The position numbers were made by a program, and so were the translations under genes. 41,626 nt of DNA, taken from the IMG/VR virus record IMGVR_UViG_3300046459_000234, positions 1 through 41,626 of that record; one strand, 5' to 3'. Below the pieces are notes generated by a model, which saw only the letters and a program-made list of their open reading frames with translations, did not search any database and was not told the DNA's origin. This document shows positions 30,808 through 39,734 of the stretch, piece by piece (position 1 is the stretch's first letter; every line of letters starts with the position of its first letter). Origin of the DNA: a virus.

Positions 30808-31292
30808 CACCGGTTCCGGATGGTCGTCGCGCCCATGTACGCGCGGCCGGTCGCGCAGATGCGCGCGAGGTAGTCCTCGACGGCGTCCGGGCCCGCGCCC
30901 GGCGGGATCGGGTCGAGGCCGATCGTCAGGCACACTTGCCCGCCGGCGTTCACGTGCGCGCGCCACTGCTCGCCGGGGGTCGGTAACCGCATGGTGTAGG
31001 CGGGGTGCCCGTAGTCGAGGGCGACGTACGGGCCGCGGAGTATCAGGCGGGCGCCGACGATCGGCACGCGCTCGGCGGCCGGCTGCAAGCGCATCGCGTC
31101 GACCATGCCCATGAGGCCGACCTCGACCGACTCGGCCGTCTCGTTCGCGCGCCGCGGGGGCGCGTGGCCGATCAGTACGTACGCGACGGGGACGGCGAGG
31201 GGGCCGGCCGCGTGCACCCACGTTGACACCGTGCAGCCCACGACGAAACCGGGGCCGGGCACGGCCCGGATGACGAGTTGGTTATCGGTCAC
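30807..31292 (-). CDS. Hypothetical protein (cargo operon gene B)
   Basis: 161 aa. GTG at 31292 lies 7 nt after GGAGG and overlaps the gene A stop (GTGA). I recognise no motif. Confidence 0.65.
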   Translation of the reverse strand: MTDNQLVIRAVPGPGFVVGCTVSTWVHAAGPLAVPVAYVLIGHAPPRRANETAESVEVGLMGMVDAMRLQPAAERVPIVGARLILRGPYVALDYGHPAYTMRLPTPGEQWRAHVNAGGQVCLTIGLDPIPPGAGPDAVEDYLARICATGRAYMGATTIRNR

Positions 31293-31723
31293 CTTGCTAC
31301 CTCCGCCCACACCTTTTTGCCGAACGGCCGGTCGTCCACGTCCCACCGCGCCGCGAGGGCGTCAACGATGTGCAGGCCGCGCCCGCGGGCCCGCTCTCCC
31401 GACTCGTTGCGGATGTACGGCCGGCGGCGCCGCGGGTCGTCGACCTCGACGCGCACGCGTTCGTCTGTGGTCAACACCGTGACGAGTACGGAGTCGCCCG
31501 GTTCGGTGCCGTACCGGTAGGCGTTCGTCACCAGTTCGGAGACGACGAGTAACACGTCGTCGAGGACGCCCTCGGGGAGGTCTGGCACGTCGTCGGTCAA
31601 CAGGCCGCGCACGTACGCGCGGGCGGCGTGCGCTGCCTCGGGGCCCGTGGGGAACATCGCCTGTGCAGGCGTCCCGCTGGGCGGGTCGCAACACGGAGTG
31701 GTATCCCGCCGTCGTTCGGTCAT
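31289..31723 (-). CDS. RsbW/SpoIIAB-type HATPase (anti-sigma-factor-like Ser kinase; cargo operon gene A)
   Basis: 144 aa starting at ATG 31723 (MTERRRD..). N-box LVVSELVTNAYRYG and G-box ERARGRGLHIVDALAARW. Confidence 0.8.
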   Translation of the reverse strand: MTERRRDTTPCCDPPSGTPAQAMFPTGPEAAHAARAYVRGLLTDDVPDLPEGVLDDVLLVVSELVTNAYRYGTEPGDSVLVTVLTTDERVRVEVDDPRRRRPYIRNESGERARGRGLHIVDALAARWDVDDRPFGKKVWAEVAR

Positions 31724-31782
31724 GCTTAACCCCTTCGGGCAGTCACGACATGCTGCCGCGGCTGCTTCACGAGCGAATGAGT

Positions 31783-31798
31783 TTGCCTGACTAGGCAA
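31783..31798. promoter_or_regulatory. Inverted repeat TTGCCT-N4-AGGCAA in the divergent cargo promoter region
   Basis: ttgcct gact aggcaa, in the middle of the 158-bp spacer between gene A and the XRE-TPR gene. Confidence 0.35.
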
Positions 31799-31881
31799 CA
31801 CGCGTAACGAAACCGGGGGTACCGTCGAGGGGGGTGTCGAAGGGTGTCGCTTTCGTCGCCCACGGTCGCGGAGGTGCGGGG

Positions 31882-33234
31882 ATGAATTCGCCAAACGATC
31901 AGCTTGCGTACTGGCTTGGGCGCTCAGCCATCAGCCGTAAGGATTTGGCGCGGCGCGTGCAATCAAAGGCGCGGGAGTGGGGGCAACCCAACGTTGCGCC
32001 CAACGCGACCCGTGTCCGGTGCTGGTTGGAAGGTGAGACGCCGCGGGCGCCGATCCCTGACATTCTCGCGGGGGTGTTCTCGGATCACTTCGGGTTCCGG
32101 GTCACGACGTACGACCTCGGCCTCGGCGACGGAAGTTCGGCCGACGCTGCCCTCGCCTATGACCCGTCGTTCGCCGTTACGGTGGAAGTCGTGGCCGACT
32201 TGGGGAGACAAGACGTGGACCGACGTAAGTTCCTTGCAGCCGCGCCGTTCGCGGCCGTGGCCGGTGTCGGTCCCTCGCGGGACTGGCTGTTGAACACGCT
32301 TGACCAGGAACCGGAACCGGGCCCGCGCGTACGTCTGGAAGACGTGCTAGCGGTGAAGAACATGTTCACCACCTTTCAGCGCATGGACATTTTCCAGGGC
32401 GGGGGGTCCGGGCGCCTGGTGCTCGCCGAGTACATGAACCAGCACGTCTATCCGCTGCTCCGTCGGTCGCATGACGACGACGTGCGGCGCGCGCTGTGCG
32501 AGGCGGCGGCGGAACAGACCTACCTACTCGGCTGGATGGCGTACGACAACGGCGAGGACGGGGTCGCGCAGCGCTACTTGATCCAGTCGCTACGCCTCGC
32601 GGAGGAGTCGCGTAACGCACCCCTCGGTGCCCACGTCCTCGCCGGCATGGCTGATCAAGCGACGCTGCTCGGCGATCCGGTCGAGGGCCGGCGCCTCGCG
32701 CAAGCGGGGCGACAGGGGTTGTCGAGGGTGGGGTCGGCGGCCTGCCTCGCCGACCTGTGGTGTCTGGAGGCGCGGGCGTTGGCTCTGCTCGGCGACAAGA
32801 AAGCGGCGGCGCGCGCGGTCGTGCAGTCGGAACGGGCGTACGAGCGGGTCGACCTCGACGCCGAACCGGACTGGGCAGAGTTCATCGATCCGGCCTACCT
32901 GCACGGGGAGCACGCGAACACGTTCCGCGACATGGGCGACGCGAAGTCGGCCGAGGAACACGCGCGCCGCTCGATCGATCACGCGCAGATGCAGCAACGG
33001 GCGCGGCGCGGTGCGATGTCGCATGCTGCGCTTGCTGTTTCTCACCTGCAACGGGATGACCTTGAGGCCGCGTACTCGGCTGGTCTGCGGACGCTGAAAC
33101 TATCCGGACAGGTGAAGTCGTCGCGGGCGGTCGAGGCCGTGCAGGATCTACAGCGGCGTATGGAGCCGTTCGGCGGGCATCGACTCGTCGCCGATTTCAA
33201 CGAGCGGGCCCGCGAGCTGGTCGCCGCGGCGTAG
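31882..33234 (+). CDS. XRE-type HTH + TPR-like transcriptional regulator
   Basis: ATG at 31882 lies 9 nt after GGAGG. N-terminus reads ..LAYWLGRSAISRKDLARRVQ..VRCWLEGETPRAPIPDIL... A Tat-like RRKFLAAAPFAAVAGVG linker follows, then a helical-repeat C-domain (..AAEQTYLLGWMAYDNGEDGVAQRYLIQSLRLAEE..). Confidence 0.8.
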   Translation: MNSPNDQLAYWLGRSAISRKDLARRVQSKAREWGQPNVAPNATRVRCWLEGETPRAPIPDILAGVFSDHFGFRVTTYDLGLGDGSSADAALAYDPSFAVTVEVVADLGRQDVDRRKFLAAAPFAAVAGVGPSRDWLLNTLDQEPEPGPRVRLEDVLAVKNMFTTFQRMDIFQGGGSGRLVLAEYMNQHVYPLLRRSHDDDVRRALCEAAAEQTYLLGWMAYDNGEDGVAQRYLIQSLRLAEESRNAPLGAHVLAGMADQATLLGDPVEGRRLAQAGRQGLSRVGSAACLADLWCLEARALALLGDKKAAARAVVQSERAYERVDLDAEPDWAEFIDPAYLHGEHANTFRDMGDAKSAEEHARRSIDHAQMQQRARRGAMSHAALAVSHLQRDDLEAAYSAGLRTLKLSGQVKSSRAVEAVQDLQRRMEPFGGHRLVADFNERARELVAAA

Positions 33235-33250
33235 GCGCCGGAACGCACAG

Positions 33251-33292
33251 AACGCCCCCCACGCGGCCACGAACGGCCGTGTGGGGGGCGTT
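33251..33292. terminator. Bidirectional 18-bp hairpin between convergent genes
   Basis: aacgccccccacgcggcc-acgaac-ggccgtgtggggggcgtt, with one G-U wobble pair. Confidence 0.7.
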
Positions 33293-33294
33293 GC

Positions 33295-33639
33295 TCATGC
33301 TCGGGTGGCGAAGGTCCAGAGGGACAGGGCGAGGCCGGCGAGGGCGACCAGGGCGGCCACGGACGGAAGGGGCCACCGGCCACGTTCGAGGGCGTCGGTG
33401 CGTGAGTCGTTGCGCTTCTGCCGTTCTGTCTCGCCCCGTTCGAGGGTGTCGAGGCGGGCGTCGTGGTTGTCGATGCGGCGGGCGTGTTCCTTGAGCGCTT
33501 CGTCTGTCTGGTCGTGGCGCTGAACGAGTAGCGCGAGGGCGCCGTCGGTGCGGGTGAACCCGACCTCGATCGTCCTCCGGATGCGTTCGAGTTCCAGCGC
33601 GACCGCGGCCGGATCGGACGGCGAGGGATGGGTCGTCAC
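33295..33639 (-). CDS. Tail-anchored coiled-coil membrane protein (lysis cassette accessory)
   Basis: 114 aa. Coiled-coil followed by a C-terminal TM helix (WPLPSVAALVALAGLALSLWTF). ATGA overlap with the holin stop. Confidence 0.65.
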   Translation of the reverse strand: MTTHPSPSDPAAVALELERIRRTIEVGFTRTDGALALLVQRHDQTDEALKEHARRIDNHDARLDTLERGETERQKRNDSRTDALERGRWPLPSVAALVALAGLALSLWTFATRA

Positions 33640-33872
33640 GGCGCGGTGGGCTCCTTGTCGTCAACCAGGCCGAGGCCGAACCGGTCGAGGATGGCCTCGA
33701 CGCTCGGGAGTGCCATCACGCGGGCGAGGCCGCCGGCGACGGCGAGGCCGCCGGCGACCCACGGCAGGGAGTCGGGCACGCCGGATGCGGCGACGATGCC
33801 GGGGAGCGCGACGGCGAACGCCACGGTGCCTTGCAGGACGGTGCGGATGCTGCGCTTGTTCTCGGGGGTCAT
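33636..33872 (-). CDS. Holin (two TM helices)
   Basis: 78 aa. TM helices VLQGTVAFAVALPGIVAA and LPWVAGGLAVAGGLARVMAL. It lies next to the endolysin gene. Confidence 0.7.
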   Translation of the reverse strand: MTPENKRSIRTVLQGTVAFAVALPGIVAASGVPDSLPWVAGGLAVAGGLARVMALPSVEAILDRFGLGLVDDKEPTAP

Positions 33873-33897
33873 GGGTGCTGCTCCTGTTCGGGACGGG

Positions 33898-33958
33898 GCG
33901 CCCGAAAGACTCGAGTATTGTCGTCAAACTGACGCGAATCCTCGAGCTTTTCGGGCGC
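33898..33958. repeat. 18-bp imperfect inverted repeat (16/18) with 25-nt loop between endolysin and holin
   Basis: gcgcccgaaagactcgag ... ctcgagcttttcgggcgc, in a locally AT-richer 100-bp spacer. Confidence 0.7.
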
Positions 33959-33972
33959 GTGGGTGGGGGTGA

Positions 33973-34938
33973 TCAGGCGGTGACGGTGAAGCCGTGCCGC
34001 TTGGCGAGGGCGTCGAGGGACGCGCGGCCGGGGATACCGTCCGCGGCGGCGCCGCTGTACCCGCATCGCTGCTGCCACTTGCGGTACGCGGCGACGGTTG
34101 TCGAGCCGAAATGCCCGTCGACGTACTTCCGGGCGAGCAGTCCCTCGGCGGCGAGGGCGTCCTCGACGATCCGGGCGCCGGCGTAGGACACAGGCGTACC
34201 GGACTTGGCGGGGTCGCGTCGTGCGGCGGCGACCAGCTGCGAGAGGTCGACGACCTTCGCGGCCGGCTTGCTCGGCTTTGCGGGGGTGCTCGGCTTGGAC
34301 GGGGCCGGCGCGGTGTCGTCGTCGAGCAGCTGCTCGACGCGCGCCCGGATCTTGTCCATGGTGAGGGCGGGCCCGCCCTTCTTGCCGATCGGGCCGCGGG
34401 GGTCGATCTTGCCCGGCTGCCACTCCGCGTGTCCGATCACGGACTCGGCGCCCCACCCGTGCGCGCGGCAGATGCCGGCGGCGGCGCGGGCGATGGCCTC
34501 GACCTGAGCCTCGGGCCACGGGTCGACGTTGTCGCCGAGGTTGATCGCCTCGAACCCGTAGAACGCGCTGTTCCCGTCGGTGTTCGCCTCGTTGTCCGTG
34601 GGGAGCGGGGACCGCTCGGCGATCACGGCGTCGAGTACGTCGTCGTCGCCGCTGCCCGCGTGGTTGGCGCGGCCGTAACCGACCAGGTGCACAGTGCCGG
34701 TCTTGTCGATGACGCCATGGCACAGGGGGCCGGGGAGGGTGCTGTGTCCGTCGCGGCACAGGGCGACGCTGTGCGCGGTGCCCGTGGTCACGGTGTGGTG
34801 GATCATCACGCCGCGCAGCGGGCCCCATGCGCCCTTGTGGTTGCGGTTGTGGGTGCGCCACGAACCGACCTCGACGACGTTCACGCCCTCGCGCTTGAGG
34901 GCGTCGCGGAACGCGGTCGCGGACAGGGGGGATGACAT
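33973..34938 (-). CDS. Endolysin: N-acetylmuramoyl-L-alanine amidase + C-terminal peptidoglycan-binding domain
   Basis: Amidase_2/PGRP-like ..GVMIHHTVT..GYGRANHAG..FYGFEAIN..VIGHAEW.., a Pro/Lys linker, then PG_binding-like ..DGHFGSTTVAAYRKWQQRCGYSGAAADGIPG... ATG at 34938 lies 7 nt after GGAGA. The track start at 34956 sits in the terminator T-run. Confidence 0.9.
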   Translation of the reverse strand: MSSPLSATAFRDALKREGVNVVEVGSWRTHNRNHKGAWGPLRGVMIHHTVTTGTAHSVALCRDGHSTLPGPLCHGVIDKTGTVHLVGYGRANHAGSGDDDVLDAVIAERSPLPTDNEANTDGNSAFYGFEAINLGDNVDPWPEAQVEAIARAAAGICRAHGWGAESVIGHAEWQPGKIDPRGPIGKKGGPALTMDKIRARVEQLLDDDTAPAPSKPSTPAKPSKPAAKVVDLSQLVAAARRDPAKSGTPVSYAGARIVEDALAAEGLLARKYVDGHFGSTTVAAYRKWQQRCGYSGAAADGIPGRASLDALAKRHGFTVTA

Positions 34939-34957
34939 AGGGGTGTCTCCAGACATG

Positions 34958-34987
34958 AAAAAACGCCCGCGGCGCGGTGCCGGGGCG
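34958..34987 (-). terminator. Intrinsic terminator after the tail fibre gene
   Basis: On the minus strand a 9-bp GC stem with one bulge is followed by TTTTTT. Confidence 0.7.
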
Positions 34988-35007
34988 TACGGGTGGGGCG
35001 CGTGTGA

Positions 35008-36777
35008 TCAGGCGGCGAGTGCCACGATCGGGATGTCGTGGTCGGCGAGCGCGGTCGCGGCCGTCGGGCTCACTGTGGTGGGGAGCGTGCTTTGTGCCGC
35101 GATGTACCAGGCGCGCGGGAACGGGGTCGTGGTCATGAAGAAGTTGGCGGCGGCGACCGGCGCCTCGTTCTGTACGTGGTAGAACGCGAAATCGGCTGTG
35201 CCGCCCACGGTCATGAGCCACGCGACCCAGTACCGGCCGGGCGCGAGCGTCGTCGAGGTGAACGACAGGGGCACGGCTCCGATGTGGTTCGCGTCCATGG
35301 CGGGAAGCGTTCCGGCTTCCTGGCCGGCCATGGTGAGGGCGACGGCGCTCGACGCGACGACGCGCGTCCCGTCCTCGCGATAGATGCCGGCCATGTAGCG
35401 GTTGGTCGTCACTCCGCCGTACCCGCGGGCGAACATCACGGCCTTGGTGACGGTGGTCGACTCCGTGATGTTCACGCCGGTCAGGTAGAGACGCTGCGGG
35501 GCGAGGTACTTCGCGGCGGGGTTGGCCACGCCGTACGGGTCGCACGCCCACGCCTGAAATCCGAGGGCCTGCGGGGTCCACGTGTTCTTGACGACCGCGG
35601 TCGGCATCTGCGCGATGGGGAGGCGGGTCGAGGCGTCGAGGCTGGCGACGCCGTTCGCCGCGGCGCGTGCGGTGGTGGCGAGGGCGCCCACGTCCGCGGC
35701 CGTGAGGACGACCGCGCCCGTCTTGGTGTTGACGGACGTAACCGGCGCGGCGGCGCCCCCGGTGCCGACCTGAAATACGGTGCCGTCGCCCTGCTTGATG
35801 TACGGCAATCCGGCCTTGGAATACAGCTGGATCGAACCGGCGGACGTGGCGGGGTCGGCGGCGATGTCCTTCGCGCCGATTGCTCCTGTGGCCGTGAGGA
35901 CGGACTCGCCGGCGGTGGACGTGCCGTTGATGACTACCCGCCGGTTGTCGCGGCGGATGAACAGGGCGACGCCGTTATCGGTGCCGTCGTCGTGTCGCGG
36001 GGCAATGCGGAAGTTCGACCCGGTGTCGGTGCCGCCCTCGGCCGTGCCGTCGTTCTGGATCTGCCACCGGTCGACGCCGGCCGTCTGGAGCTTGATCGGC
36101 CGGTAGGTGCCGGTCGCTCCGTCGAGAGCGAACGTGCCGGATACCTTGCCGTTGTCGCTGGCGACGGCGCCCACGTCGGCGGGCGTGAGGACGACCGCGG
36201 CGGCGCTCTTGCCGTTGACGGACTGCACGACGCCAGGGGCGCCGGTCGGGCCCGCGGCTCCGGTGTCGCCCTTGTCGCCCTTCGGGCCGGCCGGGCCCGT
36301 CGCTCCGGTGTCGCCCTTGACGCCCTGGGGGCCGACCAGGGACGCGAGCCACTGGGCGACGGTGCCCACGAACCCGTTCTCGACGGCGACCTCGTATGCG
36401 CTGTCGCCGCGCACGGCGACGTAGGTCGGCGTCGTCGGGTCGGTCGGCGCGATGTCGGCGAGGTCGACCTCGGGCGCCTCGGCCGGCAAGAGGACCTGAT
36501 AGACGCGGTTGACCGGCACGCCCGCGAGCTGTTCGGCGACCTGGTACGACCAGTCGTCGGGGTTCATGCCGGGGGCGTCGGTGGCCGGTAGGACGACCGC
36601 GAACGCGCCCGTGGAATCGAGCGGCGCGGTGACCGGTCCGCCGAGGATCACGTCGTACGCGCCGAACGTGACCAGGCTCGGCGCCCGGAACACGACCTGT
36701 CCCGTGAGGGGCTGTCCGTCAGGGGTGAGGAACCGACCCGTCACTCGGACTGTCGGTATCCCCTCGGGGAGCGGCAT
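35008..36777 (-). CDS. Tail fibre / receptor-binding protein with collagen-like segment
   Basis: 589 aa. SD GGAGGA. G-X-Y run GPQGVKGDTGATGPAGPKGDKGDTGAAGPTGAPG. Duplicated motif VNGKSAAAVVLTPADVGA / VNTKTGAVVLTAADVGA. Confidence 0.85.
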   Translation of the reverse strand: MPLPEGIPTVRVTGRFLTPDGQPLTGQVVFRAPSLVTFGAYDVILGGPVTAPLDSTGAFAVVLPATDAPGMNPDDWSYQVAEQLAGVPVNRVYQVLLPAEAPEVDLADIAPTDPTTPTYVAVRGDSAYEVAVENGFVGTVAQWLASLVGPQGVKGDTGATGPAGPKGDKGDTGAAGPTGAPGVVQSVNGKSAAAVVLTPADVGAVASDNGKVSGTFALDGATGTYRPIKLQTAGVDRWQIQNDGTAEGGTDTGSNFRIAPRHDDGTDNGVALFIRRDNRRVVINGTSTAGESVLTATGAIGAKDIAADPATSAGSIQLYSKAGLPYIKQGDGTVFQVGTGGAAAPVTSVNTKTGAVVLTAADVGALATTARAAANGVASLDASTRLPIAQMPTAVVKNTWTPQALGFQAWACDPYGVANPAAKYLAPQRLYLTGVNITESTTVTKAVMFARGYGGVTTNRYMAGIYREDGTRVVASSAVALTMAGQEAGTLPAMDANHIGAVPLSFTSTTLAPGRYWVAWLMTVGGTADFAFYHVQNEAPVAAANFFMTTTPFPRAWYIAAQSTLPTTVSPTAATALADHDIPIVALAA

Positions 36778-36879
36778 CGGTGGGTTCCTCCATCGGGGGC
36801 GGGGGCGGGATGCTGGGGTCGTTTCCGGGGGCGGGCATGTACCCGCCGCTGTCCGGGTCGGGGGCGGGCGAGGGCGTGG

Positions 36880-37608
36880 TCACTGGGGGGCCTCCGAGGC
36901 GTTGAAGCTGTTCCGCGTGTAGACGCCGAGGCAGTTCGTACGGATCGAGCCGGTGCCGCTGCGTACGGAGTGCTTCAACCGGTAGTTGCAGTGGTCCATG
37001 AATCCCTGTCGCACGGGCTTGGTGATCTCGTGGAGGGTCCAGCCGTTCGAGGTGTTGGCGACCCATGAATCGATCTCGCCGAGGCCGTCGTCGAACGACA
37101 CGTCGGCCGTGACGCCGGCGGGGGTGTACGTCTCGAATGCCGCGTACAGAACGGAGTTCATGAGCCGTGTCGCGCCGGTCCATGCCGTTGTGGTCGTGGT
37201 GCTGCTCGTCTCGCGCCCGGATGTGGGCTGCATGGGAATGGGCATCGACGGCCGGCCGAGGAACCCGTCGGCGTACGCGTCATCCATGACGATGACCTCG
37301 CCGTCGCGGGACCACATGCGGATCATCTGTGCGTTTCCGCTGTTGAAGTCGTCGCCGACGGTCAGGGCGGCGGTGCCGCCCTCGCGGCCGAGGCCGACAC
37401 CCCAATCGCCCTGCGGGGTCTGGCCGACGATGAACGTTCGCTGTCCGCCGGGAGTCTGGGCGATCAGTTGCCCGCCCTCGCCGATCACTACGTCGCCGGC
37501 CATCACCTGATTGAGGGCGGGGCGCATCTGCGCGCGCCCGCGCAGCTGCCGTACCTCGCGTTCGAGGGCGGCGATGCGGTCGAGTACGTCCTGTGGGACG
37601 AACGGCAT
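36880..37608 (-). CDS. Minor tail protein with N-terminal coiled-coil
   Basis: 242 aa ([27 protein letters not shown]..). The ATG overlaps the upstream TAA (TAATG). Confidence 0.65.
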   Translation of the reverse strand: MPFVPQDVLDRIAALEREVRQLRGRAQMRPALNQVMAGDVVIGEGGQLIAQTPGGQRTFIVGQTPQGDWGVGLGREGGTAALTVGDDFNSGNAQMIRMWSRDGEVIVMDDAYADGFLGRPSMPIPMQPTSGRETSSTTTTTAWTGATRLMNSVLYAAFETYTPAGVTADVSFDDGLGEIDSWVANTSNGWTLHEITKPVRQGFMDHCNYRLKHSVRSGTGSIRTNCLGVYTRNSFNASEAPQ

Positions 37609-38723
37609 TACGGGGCCTCCAAGTAGAGCTGCGCGGTTTCGGGGCGCCCGCGCTCGGGCGGGCTCACGCTGATGCCGACCACGCGGTACCGGGCGTCGAG
37701 CGCGGTCGGGTGCCACAGGTCGCGGATGCGGAGACGGATCGTCGAGCCGACCAGGGCGGGCGTGATGGTGCCGCCGAGCAGGACCGTGATTTCCGGGATG
37801 GTCACGGGGTTGCGGGCGGCGGTGTGGTCGGCGCGGGCGTAGGCGTCGAGGGTGTCCTGTCGTTCTACGGTCGTGTAGTCGCTCGATCCGTCGAGGCGCG
37901 GCCACCCGGCGGCGAGGTCGTCGTCGGCGATCAGCACGGGCGACGTGAGCGGGTACGAGTCGGCGGCCTGGTTGGTGTTGATGCTGGCGCCGCGGGTCTG
38001 CCACGCGTTCGCCTTCTTCGTGGCGTCGACCGACCACGTGTAGGACAGGACCGGGCCGGGGTGGTCGAGGACGATCTCGGACGCGCCGGTACTGATGATG
38101 GGGTGTCCCAGCTGCAAGCGCTTGACTCGGCGGCCGTCGCTGTCGCGGAACGATGCGATGCGCCACTCGAACCCGTTCTCGACGGCGGCGAGGTCGTCGA
38201 GCAGGTCGCCGATGCTGTGCAGGTCGTAGCGCAAGAACGTGCGGTCGCGGGCGACGCCCGACGGGTCACTCTCGTATGTGATGCCGATGTCGCCGCCGGT
38301 CGTGCTCTGCGCGTAGTCGACCAGGCCGCGCGCTATGTCGAACTGGTCGACCTGCTCGGCGATCTGCGTGTCGTACAACAGGCGGCGGTACAGGTAGCTT
38401 TCCCACCCGCCGGCCTGGATCTGGGCTCCGAGGCGCCCGCGGTCATCCGAGGCGAGGGCGAGTGTCCATAGGACGCCGCCCCACCACAGGTCGCGCCCGC
38501 GCTCGACCCATACGCCCGTACGGCCGGGCAGGATCGCCCGGCGGGCCCGTTCGGCCATGGCGCGGTTGGGGATCGGCACGGTGCCGGTCATGCGGCCGGT
38601 CTTGCCTATGTAGTCGTCGAGGGCGACGCCCTGTACGGGTAGGGCGTCGAGCAGCTGGTCGGAACGTAGGTCACAGAACAGGACGCGGTACGGGGGTGCG
38701 TGGCGCACGGCACCCCCCGTCAT
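37608..38723 (-). CDS. Minor tail / baseplate-hub-like protein
   Basis: 371 aa ([51 protein letters not shown]..). ATGA overlap with the upstream stop. The N-terminus resembles actinophage minor tail proteins. Confidence 0.7.
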   Translation of the reverse strand: MTGGAVRHAPPYRVLFCDLRSDQLLDALPVQGVALDDYIGKTGRMTGTVPIPNRAMAERARRAILPGRTGVWVERGRDLWWGGVLWTLALASDDRGRLGAQIQAGGWESYLYRRLLYDTQIAEQVDQFDIARGLVDYAQSTTGGDIGITYESDPSGVARDRTFLRYDLHSIGDLLDDLAAVENGFEWRIASFRDSDGRRVKRLQLGHPIISTGASEIVLDHPGPVLSYTWSVDATKKANAWQTRGASINTNQAADSYPLTSPVLIADDDLAAGWPRLDGSSDYTTVERQDTLDAYARADHTAARNPVTIPEITVLLGGTITPALVGSTIRLRIRDLWHPTALDARYRVVGISVSPPERGRPETAQLYLEAP

Positions 38724-39721
38724 GGCAGCAGGTACGTGCTCGACACCCTGATACTCCGGTCGCTGCGCAGTGCGCCGTTTCCGGTCCACGTGCGCAGCGT
38801 GATGACGCCGGCCGTCGACAGTCGCGCCGTGCCCTCGCCGAACCCGTCGGACACCGATATGTCGGCGTCGATGATCGGGCGCCACCCGCTCGGCAGGGTG
38901 CCGATCGTCTCGTCGTTGATGTTGCCGGCGGCCGGTACGTCCAGCTGTGCGCCCTTGCGGCTGACCTCGGCCACGAATGAGCACACGCCCGCGTCCGGGT
39001 TGCGGCGGGCGGCGAAGCTGTTCAGCGTGTACGTGGACGCGATGACGAATCCGGTCGTGGTCGACTCGGTCCGGCGCGGTGTGCGGTAGGTCTGCCACGC
39101 GCCGGCGGTGGCGCTCCACCGTTCCAGCACGCTGCCGTTGTCGCGGTACTGGCCGTCGTAGGCGCCGGCGAAGCTGAGGCCGTACCCGCGCGGGATGATC
39201 CCGCCGGCGGCCGTGGTGAACCGGCGGCGGTCGGCGAGGGCGGAGCCCCAGTTGATACCGCCCACGCCCGCGGACGCGCCCGCGGGTACGGTCACGTCCC
39301 ACAGGCGCAGACAGGCAGGGTCGAGGGTCGGCGCGGTCGGCGTCGCGTTCGGGGCGCCGACAACGACCTCGATCCGGGCGAGGTTCTGCCCTTCCTGGTC
39401 GAACAGGGCGTCGAGTACGCGGATGACGACAGAGTCGATACGGGCGAACTGGGCGTCGCCGTCGCCGAACGTGAGGGTTACGGGCCCGTCGTTGGCGACC
39501 GGGTACGCGCCCTGGGCGTCGGTGCCCTGTACGTACGCGCGGCCGGCGCCGATCTGGAGTTGCATCGCCGCGGCGCCGGTCGCGGCGAACGGGTCGCCGC
39601 CCGGTAGGACGCCGTCGCGGACCCTGATCGGTGTCTCGTGAGCGACCGGCGATACGGGGGCGAGGCGGGTGTCTTCTCGCGTCTGCCCAAGGGGCAGCAG
39701 CCATGCGGAACGCACGGTCAC
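38720..39721 (-). CDS. Minor tail protein
   Basis: 333 aa with balanced composition (..[38 protein letters not shown]..). Confidence 0.7.
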   Translation of the reverse strand: MTVRSAWLLPLGQTREDTRLAPVSPVAHETPIRVRDGVLPGGDPFAATGAAAMQLQIGAGRAYVQGTDAQGAYPVANDGPVTLTFGDGDAQFARIDSVVIRVLDALFDQEGQNLARIEVVVGAPNATPTAPTLDPACLRLWDVTVPAGASAGVGGINWGSALADRRRFTTAAGGIIPRGYGLSFAGAYDGQYRDNGSVLERWSATAGAWQTYRTPRRTESTTTGFVIASTYTLNSFAARRNPDAGVCSFVAEVSRKGAQLDVPAAGNINDETIGTLPSGWRPIIDADISVSDGFGEGTARLSTAGVITLRTWTGNGALRSDRSIRVSSTYLLP

Positions 39722-39734
39722 GGGGGGTGTCTCC

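Noticed and set aside
33931-33938. Single inverted copy of the GATTCGCG iteron in the endolysin-holin spacer
   Set aside because: One 8-mer occurrence is expected by chance in a genome this size.
33869-35581. 570-aa minus-strand ORF spanning the endolysin and the fibre end
   Set aside because: This Arg/Pro-rich alternative frame crosses an intrinsic terminator. The endolysin (amidase motifs) and tail fibre occupy the real frames.
36719-36883. Pro-rich 54-aa ORF (VTTPSPAPDPDSGGYMPAPGNDPSIPPPPP...) in the gap before the tail fibre, with a GTGA overlap to the upstream stop
   Set aside because: It overlaps the fibre start by 59 nt, is low-complexity, and the fibre has its own strong GGAGGA SD. 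It could be a linker remnant or a tiny gene, but the sequence alone does not support it.
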